The position numbers and the translations under genes are program-made. 48,615 bases of DNA. Origin: Bacteroidota bacterium (GTDB lineage Bacteria; Bacteroidota; Ignavibacteria; SZUA-365). Below the pieces are notes generated by a model that made no database searches, was not told the origin of the DNA, and saw only the letters and a list, made by a program, of their open reading frames with translations. Of this stretch, positions 19,178 to 30,474 are shown piece after piece. Positions within the stretch are counted from its first letter, which is position 1. Each line of letters starts with the position of its first letter. The DNA lies in assembly GCA_016928515.1 (NCBI GenBank), contig JAFGKR010000345.1, forward strand, positions 1 through 48,615, in the 5' to 3' direction.

Positions 19178-20147
19178 GCATATGAACGAGCGAGAGCAAT
19201 TTCGGGACCTTCCCGATAATTCCATGCTGCCTGTGACCCCGGGAGACCCTGTTCAGGAGCCGCAGCCGCTGTTCGGACCGGTGCTGTTCGGTTTTCTCGT
19301 ACTCCTCCTCGCATTTTTCGCATATCAGATCCTGGGTGGATTGATCAGTTTTTTTCTGTTCGGCTTCGGCAGCGAAGAGAACATGCAGGGGATGCGGCTG
19401 GTCACAATGATCTCGCAGGTTGTTTTTCTCCTTGTTCCGGCTGTCATTCTGCTGCGCCTGCAGCACTGGACCATTCAGGATACCCTGCGCCTGCGTCTGC
19501 CCCGCATTCTGCCGCTGCTCATGGTTGTTTTCGCCGTCATTGCACTGCAGTTCGTCGTGCAGGCCTACGTCGAAGCCCAGCAGTACGTCCTGCGGAACTA
19601 TCTGTTGCCCGACGCACTGCTGCCATTGCTCGATGAATTCGAGCAGCTGATCGAGGAACTGTACGGCAAGCTTCTCGCCATGCATTCTCCCGTGGAGGCG
19701 CTGTTTGTCTGGCTTGTCGTCGCCGTGACACCGGGTATCTGTGAGGAAGTGCTGTTTCGCGGAACGGTACAATCCGCATTCGAACGCGGGATGCGCCTGC
19801 GCTGGGCGTTCCTGCTGACCGGTGTGATTTTCTCGCTGTTCCACCTCAACCCGGTGACCTTTGTTCCACTGGCCATTCTGGGTGTGTTCTTCGCTGTCAT
19901 TACCTGGCGGGGACGATCGCTCGGCTATGCCATGGTGGGGCACATCACCAATAACACTCTTGCCGTCGTGGCGTTGTATTTTTTCCAGAGTGAGAGTATG
20001 CTGCCGACGGATGGCGCCGGGAGTGATCCCTCCGCAGCGACGCTCGCGGTCAGCGGTGGGCTGGGACTCCTGGTCTTTGCCGTCAGTCTGGGCATGTTCT
20101 GGAAACTGACCCGCGATCACGAACAGGAATTTTCGAACACCCCATAA
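19170..20147 (+). CDS. CPBP-family intramembrane glutamic endopeptidase (CAAX protease-like)
   Basis: Motifs ICEEVLFRG, FSLFHL and GHITNN in a polytopic membrane protein. Overlaps the DHS-like gene by 8 nt. Confidence 0.8.
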   Translation: MNEHMNEREQFRDLPDNSMLPVTPGDPVQEPQPLFGPVLFGFLVLLLAFFAYQILGGLISFFLFGFGSEENMQGMRLVTMISQVVFLLVPAVILLRLQHWTIQDTLRLRLPRILPLLMVVFAVIALQFVVQAYVEAQQYVLRNYLLPDALLPLLDEFEQLIEELYGKLLAMHSPVEALFVWLVVAVTPGICEEVLFRGTVQSAFERGMRLRWAFLLTGVIFSLFHLNPVTFVPLAILGVFFAVITWRGRSLGYAMVGHITNNTLAVVALYFFQSESMLPTDGAGSDPSAATLAVSGGLGLLVFAVSLGMFWKLTRDHEQEFSNTP

Positions 20148-20160
20148 CCCAGGAGGTGCT

Positions 20161-20742
20161 ATGCCTTATTGTCCCCAGTGTCTTGTCGAGTATCAGTCGG
20201 GCGTGAAGGAATGTGCGGATTGCATGATCCCGCTCCGTGAGGGTACGCCGCAGTTCTGTCCGAACTGCAAGGAGCATGTACGGGAAACGGATTCGTTCTG
20301 CGACAACTGCGGCATCCTGCAGCCTGCCGTCTCCGAAGACGACCGGCCCGAATGCGAGAATCATCCGGATCGTCCCGCAATCGGTGCCTGCGTCATCTGC
20401 GGTAAGCCCGTGTGTGAAGAATGCTCCACCCGGCACAACGGCCGGATCTTCTGCGAAAACGACGATCACCTCAACCTGCACCAGGGTTTCGTGGTGGCGT
20501 ATACGACCTCCACGGACTATGAAGCGGATATGATCAAGGCGAACCTGGAAGGCGCGGGCATCAACGCCGTCGTCTTCAATCAGCACGATCACGTGTATTT
20601 CACCAACATGGGTGCCCTCGCACTGGTGAATATCATGGTTCCGCGATCGCAGCTCGAGGAGGCACGTGATATCATTACGGCGCTGATGAGCGACGAAGGA
20701 CTCCCTTCTACGGACGAAGACCGTGGCGGGGAAGATGCGTGA
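20161..20742 (+). CDS. Multi-zinc-ribbon / B-box-like protein with a C-terminal DUF2007-like domain
   Basis: CPQC...CADC, CPNC...CDNC and CENHPDRPAIGACVICGKPVCEECSTRHNGRIFC (fourteen Cys), followed by VVAYTTSTDYEADMIKANLEGAGINAVVF (DUF2007-like). Strong SD AGGAGG lies 6 nt upstream. Confidence 0.6.
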   Translation: MPYCPQCLVEYQSGVKECADCMIPLREGTPQFCPNCKEHVRETDSFCDNCGILQPAVSEDDRPECENHPDRPAIGACVICGKPVCEECSTRHNGRIFCENDDHLNLHQGFVVAYTTSTDYEADMIKANLEGAGINAVVFNQHDHVYFTNMGALALVNIMVPRSQLEEARDIITALMSDEGLPSTDEDRGGEDA

Positions 20743-21671
20743 ATAATACCAGGACCCGGGTTCTTGTCGCCGTCATCGCCATCCCCGGCATCCTGGCCCT
20801 CGCCTGGGTTGGAGGATACGCATGGGCGCTGTTCGTCGCTGCAGTGCTGGTGGCGTCTGTACTTGAATTCTCCGGGCTTGCACGGGTGAAAGGCGCTTCT
20901 CCACAGACGGGACTCATGATCGTGACTGGGCTTCTGCTCCTGCTGGTGTTTCTGCATGAGCGTCTGAGTCGTGATATCCCCGCACTGGTCGGGGGAGGCA
21001 TCCCCTGGCCCCTGCAATGGCAGGCATTCATCTGGGTGCTGTTGCTGTTTCTCCCCGTGTTGTTGCTCATGGAGCTCTTCCGCGGCAGGCCCGCACCCCT
21101 GCTGAATGCCGCGACGACAGTGCTGGGGACACTCTATCTCGGACTGTTCCTGGGAACCACGGTCGGTATACGCGAGATTTTCACTGTCCGGGAATTTCAT
21201 GTCGGTCCGATATTCGGCACTGCGGATCTCACTGCCGATCAACTGGCGCAGCTGGACGCTTGGGGCGGATTCACGGTCATCGCCCTGCTCGTGACCATCT
21301 GGATGTGCGACACCGCTGCCTATTTCGGCGGCCGGGCGATGGGACGTCACAAGCTGTTTCCGCGTGTGAGTCCAAACAAAACCTGGGAAGGCGCACTCTG
21401 GGGTGCCGCCGCTGCACTGGGTACCATGGCCGCCGCCCGCGTGCTCGTGCTTGATTACCTTTCGCTGTCGGAGGCGCTCGTCATCGGCGGGATAGTCGGT
21501 GTGCTCGGACAACTGGGGGATCTGGTCGAATCCCTGCTCAAGCGCGACGCGGGAGTGAAGGATTCTTCCCAGCTGCTTCCCGGGCACGGAGGGGTGCTCG
21601 ACCGTTTTGACAGCCTGCTCTTTGTTTCCCCCGCGGCATTTCTCTACCTTGATTTCGTCGTGTTCGCCTGA
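20739..21671 (+). CDS. cdsA: Phosphatidate cytidylyltransferase
   Basis: ESLLKRDAGVKDSSQLLPGHGGVLDRFDSLLF signature in a polytopic membrane protein. GTG start overlaps the previous stop (GTGA). Confidence 0.85.
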   Translation: MNNTRTRVLVAVIAIPGILALAWVGGYAWALFVAAVLVASVLEFSGLARVKGASPQTGLMIVTGLLLLLVFLHERLSRDIPALVGGGIPWPLQWQAFIWVLLLFLPVLLLMELFRGRPAPLLNAATTVLGTLYLGLFLGTTVGIREIFTVREFHVGPIFGTADLTADQLAQLDAWGGFTVIALLVTIWMCDTAAYFGGRAMGRHKLFPRVSPNKTWEGALWGAAAALGTMAAARVLVLDYLSLSEALVIGGIVGVLGQLGDLVESLLKRDAGVKDSSQLLPGHGGVLDRFDSLLFVSPAAFLYLDFVVFA

Positions 21672-21691
21672 TGTCGCGCTCCTTCATGTAG

Positions 21692-23356
<1,665 letters not shown>

Positions 23357-23414
23357 CGCCGAAGCCGAAAATTCCTATCTTACGGAAGCGTATATCAGAT
23401 TTGCAGGAGCGCCC

Positions 23415-24386
23415 ATGAAGTACTTCACCATTGTTCTCATGCTGTGCGCGCTGGGGAGTGGTCTCCAGGCGCAGACCGATACTCTGCAGTATGACGGCAT
23501 CACGCACATTCATGACGGAAAACTGATTGCCGCAACCCGTTTTCCCGGTGAAGTCGACGTCGTTTTCAACGCGCGATTCACTCCGGCTGAAAAGTGTACA
23601 CTGCATACTGTTCTACTTGGCTTCAGCGTCGTCAAATTTCAGGCGTTGACCGGCAACGATACCCTGATCGTCTACGTGTATGAAAACGGGGACGTTCCGC
23701 CGCATCTGGTCAGTCTCGAGAAAACGTACAAAGTCAATCTCGGCGACGCCGGTTTCCCAAGTCCCAACATTCGCTTCGATCATCCGCTGGAAGCGGCAGC
23801 GCGCGATGTGCTGGCCGTGAGACTGAATCCCCCCGTCCTGTTTTCTCCCAAACGAGATTTTCTTGTCGGTGTGACGATGAAATCGACACAGAAATATGCC
23901 ATCGAGGGAGGGCTGTGGCACGGACTCAGTTTGCTGTTCAATCCGGGTGTTTCGGAGCATGACCGCTATCGGCGCTACTCCGTGACACCCGATGCGGCGT
24001 TCGCATCCAACGCACCAGCGGTCGGCGGGAATCAGGCAGGATTGTTCATCCGGGCGATCGTTGGTTACAATCCGGAACTGCCGGTGATTTTCCCAACGGA
24101 TATCGAAGAGACGCCTGCTCCTGTCTCCTTCGCACTGGAACGGAACTACCCGAATCCCTTCAATCCCCTGACCACGCTGGCATTCACCTTGGATGCTCCC
24201 GTACACGTGAGGCTGGCGGTACATGATGCCTTGGGCCGTGAGGTCGCACTGCTCGCCGACGGACCGATGGAAACGGGCCGCCATCGTAGGCAGTTCGATG
24301 CCGGCAATCTTCCGGGAGGATTGTACACGGCGCGGCTGAGTGCGCAGGGACGATCGCAAACACGGAAGATGCTGCTGATGAAATGA
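23415..24386 (+). CDS. Secreted protein of unknown function with a T9SS C-terminal sorting domain
   Basis: Signal peptide MKYFTIVLMLCALGSGLQAQ. C-terminal NYPNPFNPLTTLAFTL...GGLYTARL...KMLLMK (approx 24138-24383) matches the Por secretion tail pattern. Confidence 0.75.
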   Translation: MKYFTIVLMLCALGSGLQAQTDTLQYDGITHIHDGKLIAATRFPGEVDVVFNARFTPAEKCTLHTVLLGFSVVKFQALTGNDTLIVYVYENGDVPPHLVSLEKTYKVNLGDAGFPSPNIRFDHPLEAAARDVLAVRLNPPVLFSPKRDFLVGVTMKSTQKYAIEGGLWHGLSLLFNPGVSEHDRYRRYSVTPDAAFASNAPAVGGNQAGLFIRAIVGYNPELPVIFPTDIEETPAPVSFALERNYPNPFNPLTTLAFTLDAPVHVRLAVHDALGREVALLADGPMETGRHRRQFDAGNLPGGLYTARLSAQGRSQTRKMLLMK

Positions 24387-26248
24387 GAATCCCGGAACAC
24401 AAGGTCGATGAGATACGCGCGGCCGCTGACATACTCGACGTTGTCAGCGGCTTCGTCCGTCTGAAGAAGACAGGACGAAACTACACCGGTCTCTGTCCCT
24501 TCCACCGCGAAAAGACGCCCTCGTTCAACGTCAATCCCGAGCGCGGCATCTTCAAGTGTTTTGGATGCGGGAAGGGCGGGAATGTTTTTACCTTCCTCAT
24601 GGAAATCGAGCATCTCACTTTCGTGGATGCGGTCGAATCCCTCGCGGAACGGTACGGGATTGCGCTCGAGCGCGAGGGAGGATCACCGAAGGAGTCGCGT
24701 GAGGAAATTGAGGCCATGTACGTGGCCAACCGCATCGCCGCGCGCTTTTTCTTCGACACCCTGCAGGGAGAGACCGGCGCCGTGGGCCGGGAGTATTTCG
24801 CATCCCGCGGCTGGAGTACGGATACACAGCGAACCTTCGGTCTCGGTTTCGCACCGAACGACTGGCATGCATTCCTGCAGTATGCGCGTGCGCAGGATCT
24901 GAATGATGACATTCTCGAAGCCACGGGGCTCATCATCCGAAAGGAGGGAGGCAGTACATACGATCGTTTCCGAAATCGTGTCGTCTTTCCCATCACCAGT
25001 GTCAGCCGGAAGGTGCTGGGTTTCGGCGCCCGGGCGCTGGCCGCGGACGAGCAGCCCAAGTATCTCAATTCTCCTGAGTCCCCGATCTACAACAAGAGCC
25101 GCATCCTCTACGGTTTGGCACAAGCTCATCGTGCGATCCGTGATCAGGACGCCGTGGTTCTGGTGGAAGGCTACGCGGATGTGCTGTCGCTCTCGCAGGT
25201 GGGGATAGAGAACGTCGTCGCCACGAGCGGGACGGCATTGACGCCGGACCAGGTGCGGCTGCTTGCTCGCTACACCCGGAATTTTTTCTTTCTGTACGAC
25301 GCCGACTCGGCCGGTCTGAACGCCATGCTGCGCGGCATCGACATCATCCTCGAAGAGGATTGCGATTCCCGTATCGTGCAGCTCCCCACGGGGGAGGATC
25401 CGGATTCCTACGTCCGGAAGCACGGGGCGGATGGCGTGCGTGCGGCGATCGCACAGGCTGTATCCTTTGTCGATTTTATCACCGACCGCTTCCGTGCGGA
25501 AGGCGGGCTCGACACCCCTGAGGGCAAGACTCAGGTCATCCATCGCATTGTGGACCTGGTCGCTCGCATGGACGATCCCATACGGCGGGAATTCTACATC
25601 CATCATGTCGCGGAGAAGTACGGTATATACGAGTCGGTGCTCTATCGCGAACTGGAGAAGGAACTCAAGACACGTGGAAGAAAGCGCATTGCGGCGCCTC
25701 CACCCGAAGTGTCCCGGGATCATGTCCCGGAGATCCTTTCCTCCGGCGATATCCCAAAGGAGGAGAAGCGCTTTTGCGAGCTGCTCATCCTTGCGCCGGC
25801 CGAAATCAAGACGGAAGTGCTGCATCATGTTCGCATCGGCTATTTCCATGACGTCCGCATACAGAAGTTTCTGCACGTCCTGCTCGAGCAGGAGGAACAT
25901 GAGGGGAAAATCGATATCGATGCGCTCTGGGGATATGTGGAGGATGATGTCACCATGCACACGCTCCTTGCGGACATGATGATGGATCCGATTCGTCCGA
26001 TCAGTGACTGGAGCCAGAAGCAGACCGTCACACCGACCGACGAACGCCGCGTCCTGCTTGACGCATACAAAAACGTCGTACGCCTGACGCTGGAGCATCG
26101 CGCCAACACCTTGCAACAACGGTTGAAGCACGAACAGGATCCCCTACTCATAGAACGCTTTCTGCAGAAACAACGCCTGATCAAGATTGACTGGGACGGT
26201 ATTTCTGCGTTCGAGAACATTCCGGATTTTGAAACAGAGGAACTCTGA
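24383..26248 (+). CDS. dnaG: DNA primase
   Basis: Zinc finger CPFHREKTPSFNVNPERGIFKCFGCGKGG. TOPRIM motifs VVLVEGYADVLSL and FLYDADSAG. Confidence 0.95.
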   Translation: MRIPEHKVDEIRAAADILDVVSGFVRLKKTGRNYTGLCPFHREKTPSFNVNPERGIFKCFGCGKGGNVFTFLMEIEHLTFVDAVESLAERYGIALEREGGSPKESREEIEAMYVANRIAARFFFDTLQGETGAVGREYFASRGWSTDTQRTFGLGFAPNDWHAFLQYARAQDLNDDILEATGLIIRKEGGSTYDRFRNRVVFPITSVSRKVLGFGARALAADEQPKYLNSPESPIYNKSRILYGLAQAHRAIRDQDAVVLVEGYADVLSLSQVGIENVVATSGTALTPDQVRLLARYTRNFFFLYDADSAGLNAMLRGIDIILEEDCDSRIVQLPTGEDPDSYVRKHGADGVRAAIAQAVSFVDFITDRFRAEGGLDTPEGKTQVIHRIVDLVARMDDPIRREFYIHHVAEKYGIYESVLYRELEKELKTRGRKRIAAPPPEVSRDHVPEILSSGDIPKEEKRFCELLILAPAEIKTEVLHHVRIGYFHDVRIQKFLHVLLEQEEHEGKIDIDALWGYVEDDVTMHTLLADMMMDPIRPISDWSQKQTVTPTDERRVLLDAYKNVVRLTLEHRANTLQQRLKHEQDPLLIERFLQKQRLIKIDWDGISAFENIPDFETEEL

Positions 26249-26359
26249 TCCCGGTCCTGCGATGCTGTCGGCTTTTTATCCGGGATTCGTCGATGCAACC
26301 ATCCTGCCCGAAATCCTGTTCAGGGAGTATGTTGTTTCATCATTTTCAGGCGAGATTGT

Positions 26360-26644
26360 ATGGCAGCTCTTGAACATGCGGACATTTTGCAGCGACTCAT
26401 CGGCATGGAGGGGTGGTCTCTCGAAGCGGGCCGGATCACCAAAACCTACGCAGCACCGAGCTTCCATCGTGCGGCCGGTTTTGTCACTCAGATCGCCATC
26501 ATTGCGGATGCTGCGGATCATCACCCGGACATCGACATCCGATACAACAAGGTAATCATCCGTCTTTCAACGCACAGTGAGGAGGGGATAACGACGAAGG
26601 ATTTCTCCCTGGCGGCGAGTATCGACGAGGCCTTTGCTCAATGA
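26360..26644 (+). CDS. phhB: 4a-hydroxytetrahydrobiopterin (pterin-4-alpha-carbinolamine) dehydratase
   Basis: GW...FVTQIAIIADAADHHPDIDIRYNKVIIRLSTHS signature. 94 aa. Confidence 0.85.
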   Translation: MAALEHADILQRLIGMEGWSLEAGRITKTYAAPSFHRAAGFVTQIAIIADAADHHPDIDIRYNKVIIRLSTHSEEGITTKDFSLAASIDEAFAQ

Positions 26645-26958
26645 GTGCCGTCGACAGACTCGAACAGCTGAAGCATTTTCTCGAGCAGGAGCCCGAGGAT
26701 TCCTTTACGCGATACGCCCTGGCGCTCGAGCACCTTTCCCGTTCGATGACGGCTGAAGGTATCGACCTTTTGGAGGAAACCATCGCCCGTGATCCGGCAT
26801 ACATCCCTGCATATCACATGCTGGGTCAACAACTCGCTCTGCAGGGTCACACGGAGGAGGCCCGTCAGGTCTACACGCGCGGCATCTCCGCCGCACGAAG
26901 TACCGGCGATTTCCACACCGCCTCCGAGATGGAGGCTGAACGCGACGAAATGGAGTAG
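26641..26958 (+). CDS. Small TPR-like helical protein
   Basis: 105 aa with TPR-like ARDPAYIPAYHMLGQQLALQGHTEEARQVYTRGI. ATGA overlap with phhB. Confidence 0.55.
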   Translation: MSAVDRLEQLKHFLEQEPEDSFTRYALALEHLSRSMTAEGIDLLEETIARDPAYIPAYHMLGQQLALQGHTEEARQVYTRGISAARSTGDFHTASEMEAERDEME

Positions 26959-27023
26959 CCGACCGTACGGATGCAAATTTTTGTTATATTTCCATTCGTC
27001 ATTCTGCATCCCATGGAGTCGCC

Positions 27024-27605
27024 ATGCCCAAATCCCACACCGAAATCCTTGAGATCTTCAAGAAATCCGGCGCGTTTCTTGAAGGGCATTTCGTCCTGAC
27101 CTCAGGCCTGCACAGCCCGCATTATGTGGAGAAATTCCGTGTGCTCGAGCACCCGCTGCTCACGGCGGAGTTGTGTGCGGAGTACGTGGAACAGTGGGGA
27201 GGGCAGAAGCCCACCGTGGTCGTCGGTCCGGCCACCGGGGGTATCATCCTGGCGCACGAGACCGCGAAACAGCTGGGTGTGCGAGCCATGTTTACCGAAC
27301 GGCTGGACGGCACGATGACGCTGCGGCGCGGGTTCACGCTGACGCCGGAAGATCGCGTCCTGCTCGTCGAGGATGTTGTCACCACCGGCGGAAGCGTCTT
27401 CGAAGTCATTGATGTCATACGGAGCACCGGTGCGCGGATCCTGGGTCTCGCTTTTCTCGTCGACCGCAGTGGTGGTGCAGTGGATTTCGGTATCCCTGCC
27501 AGGGCGCTCCTGACACTCAATGTCGTCACACATGAGCCCGATGATTGTCCTCTCTGCCGCGACGGGGTCCCGGTCACGAAGCCGGGGCGGTCGGGGAAAT
27601 CCTGA
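27024..27605 (+). CDS. pyrE: Orotate phosphoribosyltransferase
   Basis: GHFVLTSGLHSPHYVE and the PRPP-binding loop VLLVEDVVTTGGS. 193 aa. Confidence 0.75.
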   Translation: MPKSHTEILEIFKKSGAFLEGHFVLTSGLHSPHYVEKFRVLEHPLLTAELCAEYVEQWGGQKPTVVVGPATGGIILAHETAKQLGVRAMFTERLDGTMTLRRGFTLTPEDRVLLVEDVVTTGGSVFEVIDVIRSTGARILGLAFLVDRSGGAVDFGIPARALLTLNVVTHEPDDCPLCRDGVPVTKPGRSGKS

Positions 27606-27664
27606 TCCTCTCGACGCTTTCTTTCGGCATTTTCTCACCGCTCCCAACAATCGAACATACCACC

Positions 27665-29473
27665 ATGAGCCTCGCAGTGACATTCTCCACCATTCCTGAG
27701 ATGTTTCTGAATCTCACGGATCGGTACATGCATGATGAGCGACCAATTCTTCTCCGCAAGGTGGAAGGTACGTATGCCCCGATCCGTTATGCAGAACTGC
27801 GCGAGATGGTAGCGCTGTTTTTTCATGGTCTGGCGCGATTAGGCGTCACCCGTGGCGATCGCGTGGCAATTCTCAGCGAGAATCGTCCCGAATGGGTGAT
27901 CACCGATCTGGCGACACTGTATCACGGGGCGATGGACGTGCCGATTTTTCCGTCCCAGACCGCGAAGCAGGTGGAGTTTATCCTCCAGGATGCGGGAGCT
28001 TCCGTTGCAGTCGTCTCCAACCGTTTCCAGCTCACAAAGTTGCTCAAGATCCGTGGTGAGGTGAAATCCCTCAAACATGTGATCGTCATGAACGAGATGG
28101 AGGACATGCCTGAGGGCGTCCTTGGCTTCCGGCAGGTCCTCGATTCGGGGCGCTCGGAGTATCAGCAGCATCCGAATGCATTGCGCGAGGCATCCATCCT
28201 CGTCAAGCCGGAGGATCTCTGTACGATCATCTACACTTCGGGAACGACGGGCAATCCGAAGGGCGTGATGCTCACGCACCACAATTTCGTTTCGAATGTT
28301 GTTGCCGCCTCACAGGTGATTCACATCAACGATGCGGATGTGCTGCTTTCATTTCTTCCGCTTTGTCACGTGTTCGAGCGGATGGCGGGATTTTATGTCG
28401 CCATGTCCTGCGGGGCAACGACGGCCTACGCCGAGAGTATCGAAACCGTTGCGGAGAATATGCTTGAAGTACGTCCCACGGTCATGGTCGCGGTGCCGCG
28501 GCTGTTCGAGCGCATCTACAATCGCATCGCTTGCATGGTGGAAAAGGATGCGGCAGCGAAGAAAAAAATCTTCTACTGGGCGGTCGATGTCGGACGTCGG
28601 TTCGTACAGGCGGAGAAGCACGGCAAAGCAGGCATGCTGCTGCGTTCGCAGCATGCGCTCGCATCGAAACTGGTGTTCAGCAAACTGCAGGAACGCACCG
28701 GGGGTCGTATTCGCTTCTTTGTCTCCGGTGGTGCCGCCCTGCCGCGGGAACTGGGGGAATTTTTCGAGGCGGTCGGCATGATCATTATCGAGGGATACGG
28801 TCTGACGGAATCTTCCCCGGTAATCGCCGCCAACCGCCTGGGGAGACATCGGTTCGGCTCGGTGGGAGAGGCGCTTCCCGGCGTGGAGGTGAAAATCGCG
28901 GAAGACGGAGAAATTCTCACACGGGGGCCGCATGTCATGAAGGGCTACTATAACAACAGGAAGGCCACGGAGGAAGCCATTGACAGCGAGGGCTGGCTGC
29001 ACACCGGTGATGTCGGCATGCTCGACGAACATGGGTATCTCTACATCACCGACCGGAAGAAGCATCTTTTCGTCAGCTCCGGAGGAAAGAATATCGCTCC
29101 GCAGCCGATCGAAAACCTTTTCGCGGGTTGCGAGTTCATCGACCAGTTTGTCCTGATCGGCGACAAGCGGATGTTCCTGACCGCGCTGATCGTCCCGGAT
29201 TTCGACGCTCTGCGTGCGTATGCGGATTCCCACGGTATCCCGTACAGGGACAACACCGAACTGGTGAAACATGCAGAGATTTACCGTCTGATTGAGCGTA
29301 CGATTCACGGGACGCAAAAGGATCTTGCGAATTACGAGAAAGTGCGGCGTTTCACATTGCTGGAACAGGCGTTCAGCATCGAAAACGGAGAAATGACTCC
29401 CAGTCTGAAAATTCGGCGCAAGGCGGTGGAAGAGCGCTACCACGACCTCATCGAAGCCATGTACCGTACCTGA
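27665..29473 (+). CDS. Long-chain-fatty-acid--CoA ligase (AMP-forming)
   Basis: AMP-binding IIYTSGTTGNPKGVMLTHHN, EGYGLTESS, and TGDVG...GYLYITDRKKHLFVSSGGKNIAPQPIE. Start moved to ATG 27665, because the track start at 27545 lies inside pyrE. Confidence 0.85.
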   Translation: MSLAVTFSTIPEMFLNLTDRYMHDERPILLRKVEGTYAPIRYAELREMVALFFHGLARLGVTRGDRVAILSENRPEWVITDLATLYHGAMDVPIFPSQTAKQVEFILQDAGASVAVVSNRFQLTKLLKIRGEVKSLKHVIVMNEMEDMPEGVLGFRQVLDSGRSEYQQHPNALREASILVKPEDLCTIIYTSGTTGNPKGVMLTHHNFVSNVVAASQVIHINDADVLLSFLPLCHVFERMAGFYVAMSCGATTAYAESIETVAENMLEVRPTVMVAVPRLFERIYNRIACMVEKDAAAKKKIFYWAVDVGRRFVQAEKHGKAGMLLRSQHALASKLVFSKLQERTGGRIRFFVSGGAALPRELGEFFEAVGMIIIEGYGLTESSPVIAANRLGRHRFGSVGEALPGVEVKIAEDGEILTRGPHVMKGYYNNRKATEEAIDSEGWLHTGDVGMLDEHGYLYITDRKKHLFVSSGGKNIAPQPIENLFAGCEFIDQFVLIGDKRMFLTALIVPDFDALRAYADSHGIPYRDNTELVKHAEIYRLIERTIHGTQKDLANYEKVRRFTLLEQAFSIENGEMTPSLKIRRKAVEERYHDLIEAMYRT

Positions 29474-29573
29474 TTCCGGTTCTGTACGAATCATCAGACG
29501 GTTCCGTACATTGGTGAATATTGGGACTTTTCGTACATTACTTCCTTGACAGGCACAACGGTTCACATGCCCC

Positions 29574-29930
29574 ATGATTGAAAGCTATATCCCCATATTT
29601 CTGATCGTAGGAATTGCGGTCATTTTCGGCGTCGTCTCGGTGAATCTTTCCTGGCTGCTGGGTCCCCAGCGTCCGTACAGGGAAAAACATTCGACCTATG
29701 AGAGCGGTGTGGATCCGGTGAGCACGGCGCATTACCGTTTCTCCGTCAAGTATTACATGGTGGCTCTCTCCTTCATTGTGTTCGATATCGAAGTCGTATT
29801 CATGTATCCCTGGGCTGTGCAGTTTCGGGAACTCGGCTGGACGGGATTTGTTGTTATGTCAGTGTTTATCATTGTCTTGGCCGTCGGCTTCATATACGAG
29901 CTGAAGAAAGGAGCATTACGATGGGATTAG
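29574..29930 (+). CDS. nuoA: NADH-quinone oxidoreductase subunit A
   Basis: 118 aa, 3 TM helices, YESG...[12 protein letters not shown]. Confidence 0.9.
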   Translation: MIESYIPIFLIVGIAVIFGVVSVNLSWLLGPQRPYREKHSTYESGVDPVSTAHYRFSVKYYMVALSFIVFDIEVVFMYPWAVQFRELGWTGFVVMSVFIIVLAVGFIYELKKGALRWD

Positions 29931-30427
29931 AATCCGCCCTCGGTGAAGGATACATCACAACGAAACTCGACGCTCTGATCGGGTGGGCACGGAAAAACTC
30001 CCTCTGGCCGATGCCGATGGGGCTTTCCTGTTGCGCAATTGAACTGATGTCGGCCGGCGATCCGCGTCACGATATCTCCCGCTACGGTATGGAAGTCATG
30101 CGTTTTTCGCCCCGCCAGTCGGACGTCATGATCGTGGCCGGAACGGTGACCTACAAAATGGCGCATGTCGTAAGAAAAATTTATGATCAAATGGCGGAAC
30201 CCCGCTGGGTGATTGCCATGGGAGCCTGCGCCTCCTCCGGAGGTATGTTCCGCAGCTACTCGGTTGTTCAGGGCATCGATCAGTTTCTGCCGGTCGATGT
30301 CTTCACCGCCGGCTGCCCTCCGCGCCCGGAGAACCTTTTCAATGCACTGATCGAGCTGCAGAAAAAGGTGGGAACATCCAGCGTTCTGGATTACCGCGAT
30401 CGCAAGGAACCGATCATCCTTTCATAA
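29921..30427 (+). CDS. nuoB: NADH-quinone oxidoreductase subunit B
   Basis: N2 cluster cysteines: [21 protein letters not shown]. Confidence 0.95.
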   Translation: MGLESALGEGYITTKLDALIGWARKNSLWPMPMGLSCCAIELMSAGDPRHDISRYGMEVMRFSPRQSDVMIVAGTVTYKMAHVVRKIYDQMAEPRWVIAMGACASSGGMFRSYSVVQGIDQFLPVDVFTAGCPPRPENLFNALIELQKKVGTSSVLDYRDRKEPIILS

Positions 30428-30474
30428 ACGAACCGCGGAACGTCACGCTCCGCGGACCATTCTGACGGAATCTC

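Noticed and set aside
19116-21587. Minus-strand ORFs of 334 aa (19116-20120) and 332 aa (20589-21587)
   Set aside because: They are antisense to the CPBP protease and to cdsA respectively. Both are Gln/His/Arg/Glu-rich and have no hydrophobic or catalytic pattern.
24683-26131. 482-aa minus-strand ORF
   Set aside because: It is antisense to dnaG. It has no motifs and a biased composition.
26249-26359. Possible terminator after dnaG (ATCCCGG ... CCGGGAT with an internal TTTTT)
   Set aside because: The stem is only 7 bp, the loop is about 25 nt, and the T-run lies inside the loop rather than after the stem. It is not convincing.
29546-29551. Perfect TTGACA hexamer upstream of nuoA as a -35 box
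   Set aside because: It lies only 22 nt from the nuoA ATG and has no plausible -10 element at the right spacing. FCB-group promoters also often do not follow the E. coli consensus.
28349-29575. 408-aa minus-strand ORF
   Set aside because: It is antisense to the acyl-CoA ligase gene, which has canonical AMP-binding motifs.
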